Positions 1 to 9,117 of a DNA stretch of 64,000 nucleotides are shown here, piece by piece. Source of the DNA: a virus; IMG/VR virus record IMGVR_UViG_3300028920_000038, positions 64,001 to 128,000 of that record, one strand, 5' to 3'. Position numbers and translations under genes: made by a program. A model generated the notes under the pieces. It saw only the letters and a program-made list of their open reading frames with translations. It made no database searches and was not told the DNA's origin. How positions within the stretch are numbered: the first letter of the stretch is position 1; each line of letters starts with the position of its first letter.

Positions 1-1
1 A

Positions 2-100
2 TGTAAATATGAATTTAAAACAAAAGAATTTTTATCAGATGGTTGGGATTATAGAACTGCTGTCTTAAAAATTAAGAAAATAGTAAACGATATAAATTAG
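2..100 (+). CDS. Partial CDS (3' end); C-terminus of a probable zinc-ribbon protein similar to 3519..3734
   Basis: Open frame from the window edge: CKYEFKTKEFLSDGWDYRTAVLKIKKIVNDIN*. Resembles CSYKFKTWE of 3519..3734. Confidence 0.5.
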   Translation, partial: CKYEFKTKEFLSDGWDYRTAVLKIKKIVNDIN

Positions 101-110
101 GAGGATATAA

Positions 111-368
111 ATGGTTAAGATATCAGATGATAATACAGACAAAGGAAAAATTGAAGATAAAGTTTTAAAAACTATAAAGGATGAGAAAGATAATAGGAAA
201 ACTTTAGTTGATAAGATGAATGATATTATAGATCAAAATAAGGAAGATATCAAAAGACATCTATTAAAAGCCCAGAATTTAATTAAAGAGAATTGGGATC
301 AAAAGACATATAGTAAAAAAACCTTAGCTGCAATTGAAACTGCTTTAAATATATTAGAGGAATTATAA
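111..368 (+). CDS. Hypothetical charged helical protein (85 aa)
   Basis: ORF preceded by a strong GGAGG RBS at about 99-104; no recognisable motif. Confidence 0.6.
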   Translation: MVKISDDNTDKGKIEDKVLKTIKDEKDNRKTLVDKMNDIIDQNKEDIKRHLLKAQNLIKENWDQKTYSKKTLAAIETALNILEEL

Positions 369-370
369 AT

Positions 371-724
371 ATGTTCGATATTGATGATTTTGACGATATA
401 TTTAGAAATGTGGAAAGAATCATCGAAGATAGTTATACTGGAGGGTATTCTAGACAATCCAGACAAATAAATAGAATGATAGATGTTCTTGAGGATGATG
501 ATCATATATATATAACTGCAGAGATTAGAATTCCTGAAGAAGATATATCAGTAGAAGTAGAAGAGATGCATATAATATTTAATGTGATGGACGATGGAGC
601 TTGGCAAAGAAAGATACAACATCTTCCATGTAAGGTAAATAAGGATACTGCAAAGATAACTTATAATAATTGTATAATAGATATAATATTAGAAAAGAAG
701 GTTAATGATGGAGAGACATATTAA
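371..724 (+). CDS. hsp20: Small heat-shock protein, Hsp20/alpha-crystallin family
   Basis: Acidic Phe-rich N-terminus, then DVLEDDDHIYITAEI...EDISVEV...LPCKVNKDTAKITYNNCIIDIILEK, the alpha-crystallin domain pattern. Confidence 0.8.
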   Translation: MFDIDDFDDIFRNVERIIEDSYTGGYSRQSRQINRMIDVLEDDDHIYITAEIRIPEEDISVEVEEMHIIFNVMDDGAWQRKIQHLPCKVNKDTAKITYNNCIIDIILEKKVNDGETY

Positions 725-1061
725 AAAACCATGGGGATCTGAAGAGATCTTAGAAGCAAACCCTAGTTATGTAGTAAAATTGATAAAGATAAAAAAAGGT
801 AAAAAATTAAGTGAACAGTATCATATATATAAACATGAAACTATATATGTTCTAAAAGGGGATTTGGAATTATTTATTAAAGAACCAAGTTCCTTAGATC
901 CTATAGGGATAACCCATGAATTAAAGGTTGGAGATAGTTTTGTTATTCCTAATAGAACTATTCACAGATTTATAGCAACCAAAGATTGTATTTTGTTAGA
1001 GTGTTCTACACCCGAATTATGGGATGTAGTAAGATTGGAAGATGATTATGGCAGGTCTTAA
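705..1061 (+). CDS. Cupin-domain protein (mannose-6-phosphate isomerase type II C-terminal-like)
   Basis: KPWG...KLSEQYH..KHET.YVLKG and G.SF.IP..TIHRF...LLECSTP...DVVRLEDDYGR cupin motifs. Confidence 0.8.
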   Translation: MMERHIKKPWGSEEILEANPSYVVKLIKIKKGKKLSEQYHIYKHETIYVLKGDLELFIKEPSSLDPIGITHELKVGDSFVIPNRTIHRFIATKDCILLECSTPELWDVVRLEDDYGRS

Positions 1062-1953
1062 AAAAATTGTAATAACTGGAGTATCAGGATTTATAGGATT
1101 TAATCTTGCTAGATACCTAGGTACTGATTATGAAATAATAGGGATAGATAAAGAACCTTGGAAAGATTCAGCTTGTTATAAATTCTATCAACAAGATATA
1201 AATGATCCATTACCGAATATAAAAGATGTATATGCAGTAATTCATTTAGCAGCTAAAGCTGGTGTTAGAGAATCGCAAGATAACTTTGAACAATACGTAA
1301 AGGATAATATTCTAGGTACAAAAAATCTATTAGACAAATGCAAAGACTGGAAACCTAAGTTGATTCTATTAGCATCATCTTCATCAGTTTATGGAGATAG
1401 TAAAGAACCTTCTCATGAGATAGATAAACTACATCCAAAGTCTTTATATGCAGCTTCTAAAGTGGCTATGGAAGAAATTGGAAGTTCGTATTCAGAATCT
1501 ATTTTGGATTGTCCTATAACTTCTCTGAGATTCTTTACAGTATATGGACCTAATCAACGTAAGGGATTGGCCATAAGAAATTTTATAGACAATATATTAA
1601 GAGAAGTTCCTATTACTATTTATGGAGATGGATTCCAAAGAAGAGATTTTACATATATAGACGATTTGTGTTATATGATTGAATGCTTACTTGTTAATCC
1701 AGAGAAATTAAATAATATAAAAACTTTAAATCTCGGATATGGAATTACTCATTCCTTATATGATATCATTTACACAACCAGTAAATTAACTGGGAAGGTA
1801 GTTAGAATGAAATATGAACCTAAAGATCCTCATGATGTATACAAAACAGAGACAGATCCTTCTTTGTTAAGTTTTCTAATTGAATTGAATGAACCAGTAA
1901 GTTTAGAAGAAGGTCTTAAGAAACAAATAGAGTGGAGTAAGAAATGGAATTAA
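1042..1953 (+). CDS. NAD-dependent nucleotide-sugar epimerase/dehydratase (UDP-glucuronate 4-epimerase-like extended SDR)
   Basis: TGVSGFIG, HLAAKAGVR, ASSSSVYG, YAASK (YxxxK), RFFTVYGP, RDFTYIDD. Likely start is ATG 1048. Confidence 0.85.
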   Translation: MIMAGLKKIVITGVSGFIGFNLARYLGTDYEIIGIDKEPWKDSACYKFYQQDINDPLPNIKDVYAVIHLAAKAGVRESQDNFEQYVKDNILGTKNLLDKCKDWKPKLILLASSSSVYGDSKEPSHEIDKLHPKSLYAASKVAMEEIGSSYSESILDCPITSLRFFTVYGPNQRKGLAIRNFIDNILREVPITIYGDGFQRRDFTYIDDLCYMIECLLVNPEKLNNIKTLNLGYGITHSLYDIIYTTSKLTGKVVRMKYEPKDPHDVYKTETDPSLLSFLIELNEPVSLEEGLKKQIEWSKKWN

Positions 1954-2591
1954 ATATATTATATGATGATATTATAAAATATTTTAGATTTGGTAGTTTA
2001 GAAAAAAGATTAAAATATTTTGATACATTAAATATATCAGAAGGAGATACAGTTATGGATTGTGGTTCATACTTTGGATCTAATACAGTTTACCTCTCTA
2101 GAAAAGTTGGTAATAAAGGAAAAGTTATATCTATAGAAGCGGATCCAAACAATTTTAATATACTTATAAAAAATATTGAATATTTTAAATCAAAAAATGT
2201 AATACCTTTAAATATAGCAATTAGTAATAAAAGAGGATTTGAATATATATACCAATCCCTAGATGGATCATCTGCTAATTCTATAGTAAAAGAGTCTTCA
2301 AAGGTAGTTAACATTCCTTACGAAAAAACTAGATGTGATACATTCCTAAATATTATAAAGAGATGTCGTGTTAAGGACATACATTTTATATATTTAAATA
2401 TAGAGGGATCAGAGTATTATATATTAAAAGATATAGAAGAGATTATAAATAGATATAGACCGATATGGGTTATGCATGACCATGAAAAATATTTAAAAAA
2501 TCATAATTCATCAGAAATAGATAGTATATTTAATAACCATTCTTATAAAATTATAGAAGAACCATTTAAAACATTTATTCCATATGAATAA
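1944..2591 (+). CDS. FkbM-family SAM methyltransferase
   Basis: MDCGSYFG, VISIEADPNNF, LNIEGSEY.IL motifs. Confidence 0.8.
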   Translation: MELNILYDDIIKYFRFGSLEKRLKYFDTLNISEGDTVMDCGSYFGSNTVYLSRKVGNKGKVISIEADPNNFNILIKNIEYFKSKNVIPLNIAISNKRGFEYIYQSLDGSSANSIVKESSKVVNIPYEKTRCDTFLNIIKRCRVKDIHFIYLNIEGSEYYILKDIEEIINRYRPIWVMHDHEKYLKNHNSSEIDSIFNNHSYKIIEEPFKTFIPYE

Positions 2592-3516
2592 AATATTTGG
2601 AGTTGAAATAAAAATGAGTAAGTTTGATTTAACAATTGCATTTGATAAAGCTAATTATCTTAATCCACAACTTTATATGTTCTTTGACACACTTAAAGAC
2701 AATATTCCAGAAGATACAAAAGTTCATATAGTAACTAATAGAGGTAAAGAAGACCATATTAGAAAGTATATCAAAGAGAATATAAACTCAAAGATTTACT
2801 TTAATACTGGGTATAAAACACAACATCTAAATTCCAGATGTAGATACATGTTTAATTGCTTTGATATTAAATCTGATGCCGATTGGATTATTAAGATGGA
2901 AGCCGATATGCTAATACTTAAACATTTATCTGCATTGGAAAATATTCTAGAAGATAATTTAGATTGTGTTCTAGAAACAGAGAATAGAGTAATATTTGAT
3001 GAATCCACATCAAATAGACTTTGGAGAATGATGTATAGGGCTATGGATATTAAACCACCTGCATTCAAAATAGAATTTAGAGAGAATAAAGAAATGGGAT
3101 TACCATTATTTGGAACTGGTATGATATGTGTGAGAAATCGAACATTAAATAAAATTAATGAAAGATGGATAGATTTAACAAAGAAAGTAGAACCTTGGCT
3201 AAATTTGAATGTTCATCCTAACGAACAGGCATTTACTGGATTAGTTCTTGACGAAAATTGGAAGTGGAAGATATATCCAGCAAATTATAAATTCAATCCA
3301 ATTGGACATTTTAGAAAAGGATCATTTCCATCAATTGATTTGATAGAAAATTGTAAATTACCAGGCGATACAATAATACTTGATTATCATAGACCTCAAT
3401 GGCTATTTCATGTTGCTAAGTATAATCCACAAATTAAGACAATTATTCAAAAAAATAAACAACATATCCCAAAAGAATGGTGGAAATTAACTAATTTAGA
3501 CTTCAGAGAAAAATAA
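2584..3516 (+). CDS. Putative glycosyltransferase (GT-A/GT8-like)
   Basis: IIKMEADMLIL (DxD-like), FGTGMI, NEQAF and YNF..HY features typical of GT8-like proteins; sits in the glycan locus. Probable start is ATG 2614. Confidence 0.55.
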   Translation: MNKIFGVEIKMSKFDLTIAFDKANYLNPQLYMFFDTLKDNIPEDTKVHIVTNRGKEDHIRKYIKENINSKIYFNTGYKTQHLNSRCRYMFNCFDIKSDADWIIKMEADMLILKHLSALENILEDNLDCVLETENRVIFDESTSNRLWRMMYRAMDIKPPAFKIEFRENKEMGLPLFGTGMICVRNRTLNKINERWIDLTKKVEPWLNLNVHPNEQAFTGLVLDENWKWKIYPANYKFNPIGHFRKGSFPSIDLIENCKLPGDTIILDYHRPQWLFHVAKYNPQIKTIIQKNKQHIPKEWWKLTNLDFREK

Positions 3517-3518
3517 AT

Positions 3519-3734
3519 ATGAAATGTCCTAATTGTAATTCTAAAGATGTTATTACTAATACAACCCGGAAATCTAAAAAAGATTATCTTGTAATAAGAT
3601 ATAAGGAATGTAAAAGCTGTAGTTATAAATTCAAAACTTGGGAATCTCTAAATAATTTAAATTGGAAAATGAAATATAAAAAACTGTTAAATAATATAAA
3701 AGATCTATATGAAAGAGAAGATGACATGTCCTAA
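3519..3734 (+). CDS. Zinc-ribbon protein (NrdR N-terminal/Ogr-Delta-like), possible regulator
   Basis: MKCPNC...IRYKECKSCSYKFKTWE matches the NrdR-type zinc ribbon; no ATP-cone follows. Confidence 0.65.
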   Translation: MKCPNCNSKDVITNTTRKSKKDYLVIRYKECKSCSYKFKTWESLNNLNWKMKYKKLLNNIKDLYEREDDMS

Positions 3735-4158
3735 TTGCGAAAATGAAATGACTTGTACAGATTCATTAATATATCCTAATGGAGATACAAAGAAATATTA
3801 TAAATGCAAAAAATGTAATACCGCATTATTTTCTATATTGAGACCAGAGGAGATTATTAAAATATTTATACCATATGAAAAACCAGAAATTATAAATAAA
3901 GAAATTATAGAAGCAACTAGACAGTATGCTATAAGTGTATATGGAGATAGTTGCATACTATGTGGAGAAAATAGACTTGTAGATGTGCATCATCTAATTC
4001 CAAGAAGTAAAGGTGGAGAGGATAAAATAGAAAATTTAGTTGTTTTATGTCCAACTTGTCATTATTCAATACATAGAAATAAAATTTCTGAATCAGAATA
4101 TTTAAAATTATTAAAAAATCAGAGAAAAATATTGTACAAAATCTTGGAAAATAGATAA
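3709..4158 (+). CDS. Zinc ribbon plus HNH endonuclease
   Basis: CPNC...CKKC N-terminus; CILC...VHHLIPRSKGGEDKIENLVVLCPTCH HNH motif. Confidence 0.8.
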   Translation: MKEKMTCPNCENEMTCTDSLIYPNGDTKKYYKCKKCNTALFSILRPEEIIKIFIPYEKPEIINKEIIEATRQYAISVYGDSCILCGENRLVDVHHLIPRSKGGEDKIENLVVLCPTCHYSIHRNKISESEYLKLLKNQRKILYKILENR

Positions 4159-4300
4159 TGTACTACATATAGTACAAATTGAAATATATAACATTAGATA
4201 AACTATAGTACACTTTTGCTTATAATAATTTTTATAAGCAAAATCTATATACTTAACGTGTAAAAAGTACCTTTCTAAACAACTTTATAGGGAGAGAGAA
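4159..4300 (+). promoter_or_regulatory. Only sizeable intergenic gap of the + block; putative promoter with palindromic operator sites
   Basis: Inverted repeats TGTACTA-cata-TAGTACA (4159-4176) and TTTTGCTTATAA-6nt-TTATAAGCAAAA (4214-4243). The second is followed directly by TATA-like TCTATATAC. GGAGAG RBS before ATG 4302. Confidence 0.5.
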
Positions 4301-4301
4301 T

Positions 4302-4505
4302 ATGACATGGAAAATTGGTGACAAATTTAAATTCAAAAGACCTAAAAATTTATTAGAATTCACGGCAGAGATTATTGGTATATATAACGGTGAATTTGTG
4401 CAATTTAAAATAATAGAATGCAACCAAAAACATTTAATTGGAAAAGAAAAATTCTTTAAAATAGGACAAGAGGCAGAAAGATCTATAAAGAGGATTTGTG
4501 ATTAA
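4302..4505 (+). CDS. Hypothetical small beta-rich (SH3/KOW-like) protein
   Basis: ORF with GGAGAG RBS; WKIGDKFKF pattern. Confidence 0.5.
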   Translation: MTWKIGDKFKFKRPKNLLEFTAEIIGIYNGEFVQFKIIECNQKHLIGKEKFFKIGQEAERSIKRICD

Positions 4506-5422
4506 TGAATATAGGCCAGTTTAATGCAAGAGGACCTCATAATGGAGTGGAACATTGGTTTGATTTAATTCATGACGAATTAATAAATCAAGGCCATGAA
4601 GTTAGACAATTCTGGTTACGAGGAGATCAACCAACTAAAGAAGATAAAGAATGGATGGATTTCGCTTTATTTCATTTTTCACAAGTTGCTCTTCATTATA
4701 TGAGATTAGGAGTTCCTTATTGTATATTACCATCAGCTAACGATTGCTTTCCTGATAATGGAGCTAAGCTTAAAAAAGCAGCTTCACATAAGAATTGCAA
4801 GTTTGTGACTTATCAAAGTCAATATCACTTAGAAAAGTATAAGGAATGGAATATTCCCAAACCTAAGGTATATGTGCCTATGCCTGCTAGAATAGATTTA
4901 TTTAAAAGAACAAAACCAGTTGGCACTAAAATTATAGCAGGTGGTAGGTTGATACCAAAGAAAGGGTTAGATAAATTACCTAATAGATCAGATTTATATA
5001 TATTTGGTGATGGTCCTCTACGGACACGACTGGTGTGTCGCCTCCCGAAGGTAAACTTCGTGGGATGGTTAGAAGGTGAAGAGCTAAGAGATCTTATGGA
5101 AGACTCATGGCTCTTCCTTAATCCTTCTATTGAAACAGAAGATGGAGATAAAGAAGGTATACCAAATACATTGAAGGAAGCACTATTAATGGAATTGCAT
5201 GTGATATCTAGTCCAATAGCTGGAATCCCAGAACTTAAACATGTGAATCTTGTAAAAGATTGGTCAGATATATATATAAATGGATATATAAAAGATTTAG
5301 AAAAAATAAATCAAGGATATACATTTTATAAATTCAGAGGAAATTTAGAAGGTAAAGAAGAAATTAGGAATATATACTCTCCTGAAAATTGTGTAAATAA
5401 ATTATTGGAGATGATAAAATAG
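4505..5422 (+). CDS. Glycosyltransferase family 4 (GT-B)
   Basis: GGRLIPKKG, IFGDGPLR, V.FVGW, DKEGIPNTLKEA (Ex7E) motif. Confidence 0.85.
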   Translation: MNIGQFNARGPHNGVEHWFDLIHDELINQGHEVRQFWLRGDQPTKEDKEWMDFALFHFSQVALHYMRLGVPYCILPSANDCFPDNGAKLKKAASHKNCKFVTYQSQYHLEKYKEWNIPKPKVYVPMPARIDLFKRTKPVGTKIIAGGRLIPKKGLDKLPNRSDLYIFGDGPLRTRLVCRLPKVNFVGWLEGEELRDLMEDSWLFLNPSIETEDGDKEGIPNTLKEALLMELHVISSPIAGIPELKHVNLVKDWSDIYINGYIKDLEKINQGYTFYKFRGNLEGKEEIRNIYSPENCVNKLLEMIK

Positions 5423-5454
5423 AAAATGATGCATTTAATAATAATAAAATTTTA

Positions 5455-6432
5455 TTGCACGGAGACAAGTTAAAAGAATATATGGATAATAAAAAAACAT
5501 CCTCTCCTATAACTTTAACCATAGACCTTACTAATAAATGTAATAATAAATGTCCGAAATGCGTTACAAGATTTAAAAATAGTGAAACACTTAGTTATAA
5601 ATTTATAGTTAATTTACTATATGATCTAAAGAAATTAGGAGTTAGAGGAATTCAAATAACTGGAGGTGGGGAACCTTTATTACATCCAAGAATAGTGGAT
5701 ATCATAGAGTTAGGAAATAATCTAGGATTTAGTATAGGTTTAGTGACTAGTGGACAGTATGTAGATGGATTAGATAAAAAAAGACTATTAGAAAATCTTA
5801 AATGGATAAGAATTTCATTAGATGCTGGAACACCAGAACATTACAAAGAAACTCATGGATTAGAATCAGATAAATTCGATAGAGTAATAAAATTTATTTA
5901 TGATCTTTGTGACTTTAAAATAGAGAATAATATCCCTGTGACAATAGGAGCAAGTTATCTAGTTTCTCTATGGGATAAAGATAGGGAAGAAGAAGATATT
6001 CATAAAGCAGTTGAGATATTACAAATACCAGGTTTTGATTATTTACAGGTAAAACAATATCACGGAAATAAAATAGAAATAGATTATTTAGATAAAACTA
6101 AAATGATATCTAATATAAACTTATATAATACATTTAAGACTAGGAGATATAATAGAAATTATAAATATTGTCATGGAGCTCACTTTACTACATCAATATC
6201 TGCTGATGGAAAATTATATGTATGCTGTCATTTGAAGAATGAAGAATTATATCCAATAGCAGATTTAAACAAAGAAAGTATATTAGATGTTTGGAATAGT
6301 AAAAAAATGTTAGATATTATTAAAGATTTAGATATATCTAAATGTATATCTAATTGTAAATATAATACATTAAATTGTGTATTAGAAGATGCAATTAGAA
6401 AAAATAAATCATTCCATAAGGATTTTTTATGA
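5455..6432 (+). CDS. Radical SAM enzyme with SPASM/twitch domain
   Basis: CNNKCPKC (CxxxCxxC), TGGGEPLLHP, RISLDAG, C-terminal CHG...VCCH...CISNC. Frame is open from 5401, so the true start may be upstream of TTG 5455. Confidence 0.85.
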   Translation: MHGDKLKEYMDNKKTSSPITLTIDLTNKCNNKCPKCVTRFKNSETLSYKFIVNLLYDLKKLGVRGIQITGGGEPLLHPRIVDIIELGNNLGFSIGLVTSGQYVDGLDKKRLLENLKWIRISLDAGTPEHYKETHGLESDKFDRVIKFIYDLCDFKIENNIPVTIGASYLVSLWDKDREEEDIHKAVEILQIPGFDYLQVKQYHGNKIEIDYLDKTKMISNINLYNTFKTRRYNRNYKYCHGAHFTTSISADGKLYVCCHLKNEELYPIADLNKESILDVWNSKKMLDIIKDLDISKCISNCKYNTLNCVLEDAIRKNKSFHKDFL

Positions 6433-7235
6433 AAGATAAAATAACTATTGTTACATTTACACACTATTGGACAAATGCTCCAAGTACAGAATTGATAGAT
6501 AAAACATTTGATAGTCTATATAGTAGATTACCATTAACTGATTGTAGACATATTATAAATTATGATATGCCTGAAAATAATAAAAAGTATAGAGAATATT
6601 ATAATAATCTATTAAAATTAAAGGATAAATATAATAAGAATATAGAGATTACAACATTCTCTATAAAAAATAAAAAGCGTTCTTATATATATTCAGATAT
6701 AGTTGATACTATAACAACTCCTTATGTAATTCTTTGGGAGCATGATTTTGTTCTTTTACGGGATATAGATTTAGAATCTATTATAAATGCTATGGATTAT
6801 CATGAAGAGATAAATTATATAAAATTTAATAAGAGAATAAATAAACCTACTATAAATAGGAGAGATAGCACTAAAAAAACTATTGATGGATGGTTAGAAA
6901 AAGAAGATAGATACGAAATTCCTCTATTAAAAACTTGTGGCTATTCAGGATCTCCTCATATAGAAAGAGTTTCATGGTTTAAATGTGTATGTAAGAAATT
7001 AATTTATACCATACCTGTAAATAAACAAACATCTATAGAGAGAGCTATAAATAAATGGTTATTTCATAAAAGAAATAGATTTGGTGAAAAAAAATTTCAT
7101 AATAAAGTTGGATTATATATATATGGAAATATTAATGATAAACCTTATGTAAAAGAAATATATGACTATAAAAGTAAAGAAGCTTGGGGGAATAAACTAC
7201 CGAGTAAAACCTGGAGAAAAATTAATGAAAAATAA
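6429..7235 (+). CDS. Putative glycosyltransferase (GT-A/GT2-like)
   Basis: ITIVTFTH start and TPYVILWEHDFVL (ExD-type metal motif); glycan-locus context. Confidence 0.55.
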   Translation: MKDKITIVTFTHYWTNAPSTELIDKTFDSLYSRLPLTDCRHIINYDMPENNKKYREYYNNLLKLKDKYNKNIEITTFSIKNKKRSYIYSDIVDTITTPYVILWEHDFVLLRDIDLESIINAMDYHEEINYIKFNKRINKPTINRRDSTKKTIDGWLEKEDRYEIPLLKTCGYSGSPHIERVSWFKCVCKKLIYTIPVNKQTSIERAINKWLFHKRNRFGEKKFHNKVGLYIYGNINDKPYVKEIYDYKSKEAWGNKLPSKTWRKINEK

Positions 7236-7836
7236 TGAACTAATAAAAAATGATATAGATAAATATATTTATGACAATTTATTTTTAATGAAAGATTTAT
7301 GGACTAAAGGAAAGGAATTAGGTGGAAAACCTGTAATACAAATTTTTCCTCACGATATTTTGGTAATAGTTCAATGGTTAAAATTAATAAAACCAAAAAC
7401 ATTGTTAGAGATAGGTACAGCTTTTGGAGGAAGTGGTTGTATATTAAAAATGGCTTTTCCAGATCTAAAATATATAACATTAGATTTACCTCCTCCTAGC
7501 GATTGGGTGAGAACTCATAATCAAGCAGGAAGATTTTTACCTTCAGATGTTATAAAGGAATATGGAGACTCAAAAGATGTTCTGTCTGATCTTATTGATA
7601 AATATAAACCAGATGTAATATTCCATGATGGAGATCATTCAGAAGATCCAGTTAAAAGAGATATTAAAGTCTGTTACGATAAAAAAATAAAATGGGTAAT
7701 ATTACATGATTCTCATAAAACATATTTGAGACAATTCTTACTTCATAATAATTATTATGAAGAAGTTTATTTCATTCACCTTAAAGGATTTGTAACTCCA
7801 TCTCCAGGTATATCTATACTTAAATTGAAAGAATGA
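7225..7836 (+). CDS. Class I SAM methyltransferase (Methyltransf_24/CmcI-like)
   Basis: LLEIGTAFGGS, DVIFHDGDHS, VILHDS. Start placed at ATG 7225 behind GGAG rather than the track's 7162. Confidence 0.8.
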   Translation: MKNNELIKNDIDKYIYDNLFLMKDLWTKGKELGGKPVIQIFPHDILVIVQWLKLIKPKTLLEIGTAFGGSGCILKMAFPDLKYITLDLPPPSDWVRTHNQAGRFLPSDVIKEYGDSKDVLSDLIDKYKPDVIFHDGDHSEDPVKRDIKVCYDKKIKWVILHDSHKTYLRQFLLHNNYYEEVYFIHLKGFVTPSPGISILKLKE

Positions 7837-8459
7837 AAGAAACTATTTTATTTATAGGACCTCATCCAGATGATATAGAGATAAGTTGTGGAGGATCATT
7901 ATCTTATTTCAGCAAAGAATATTATACTGTATGTATATACCTAACTAAAGGAGAGATGGGTGGAGATCCTATAATAAGAGAAGAAGAGAGTAAATTATCT
8001 TGTGATATTTTAGGAGCAGATAAGATAATATTTGGAAATTTCAGAGATACATGTATTCCATATAATATTGAAACTATAAGTTTCTTAGAACAACAATACA
8101 ATAGGTATAAACCAAGTATTATATTTATTCCGAGTTCAAAAGATAGTCATCAAGATCATAGAAAAACAAATCTCTCTTGTAAAGCTGCATTTAGAAAAGC
8201 TAATAGAATATTAGAATATGAAACCTCTTCAGTAGATAATAATTATAATCCAGTATTTTTTATAGATATTAGTGAATTTATAGAAATAAAAGAAAAGGCC
8301 TTAAAAATGCATAAAACACAAATGCATAAAAATGCAATGGATTACAAAGCAATTATAAATTTGTCAAGTTTTAGAGGAAGACAAGTAAATGTAAACAATG
8401 CAGAAGCATTTGAAATAGTGAAATATTTATATGACAACTATAGCAATACATCAACCTAA
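7833..8459 (+). CDS. PIG-L/LmbE-family N-acetyl-sugar deacetylase
   Basis: GPHPDDIEISCGG, REEES, DSHQDH motifs. Confidence 0.9.
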   Translation: MKETILFIGPHPDDIEISCGGSLSYFSKEYYTVCIYLTKGEMGGDPIIREEESKLSCDILGADKIIFGNFRDTCIPYNIETISFLEQQYNRYKPSIIFIPSSKDSHQDHRKTNLSCKAAFRKANRILEYETSSVDNNYNPVFFIDISEFIEIKEKALKMHKTQMHKNAMDYKAIINLSSFRGRQVNVNNAEAFEIVKYLYDNYSNTST

Positions 8460-9117
8460 TTATCTACCTTATATTGGGTTTTTTCATAAAATCCTTATTA
8501 GTGATATTTTTATTATATATGATGATGCCCAATATTCTAGAAAAGATTTTCATAGAAGAAATAGAATAAAAATTAATTCAAAACAAAAGTGGTTATCAGT
8601 ACCATTGATAGGAAGTAGTTTTAATAAAATTAATGAAATGAGAATCAATAATAATATAGAATGGCAAAAAGAACATTGGAAATTTATAAACATATCATAT
8701 GAAAAATCTTCATATTTTCCAGAGATCATAGATGCATTTTATGATATTTATCATAAAGAATATAAATATCTCATAGATATAAATATGGATTTAATATTTA
8801 AATTAATGGATATTCTTGACTTAGATAATAATAAAATAGTATTTAGCTCAAAAATGAATTTAAAAAAGACCAAAGTGGATAGATTAATAGAGATGATAAA
8901 AAAGAAAGAAGGAACAACCTATTTTAGTGGAATAGGGGGTAAAAATTATATAGATGAAACATTATTTTTGGAAAATAATATAAATTTAATATACCAGAAA
9001 TTTGATCATCCAATCTATAAACAAATAAAAGGAGATTTTATACCAAATTTATCTATAATAGATATGCTATTTAACTGTGGTGAAGAATATACAAAAAATA
9101 AATTAAGAGAATTATAA
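8431..9117 (+). CDS. wbqC: WbqC-family protein
   Basis: AIHQPNYLPYIGFFHKI..SDIFIIYDDAQY, RNRIK, YFSG.GG..Y, F.PNLSIIDMLFN.G signatures. Confidence 0.9.
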   Translation: MTTIAIHQPNYLPYIGFFHKILISDIFIIYDDAQYSRKDFHRRNRIKINSKQKWLSVPLIGSSFNKINEMRINNNIEWQKEHWKFINISYEKSSYFPEIIDAFYDIYHKEYKYLIDINMDLIFKLMDILDLDNNKIVFSSKMNLKKTKVDRLIEMIKKKEGTTYFSGIGGKNYIDETLFLENNINLIYQKFDHPIYKQIKGDFIPNLSIIDMLFNCGEEYTKNKLREL

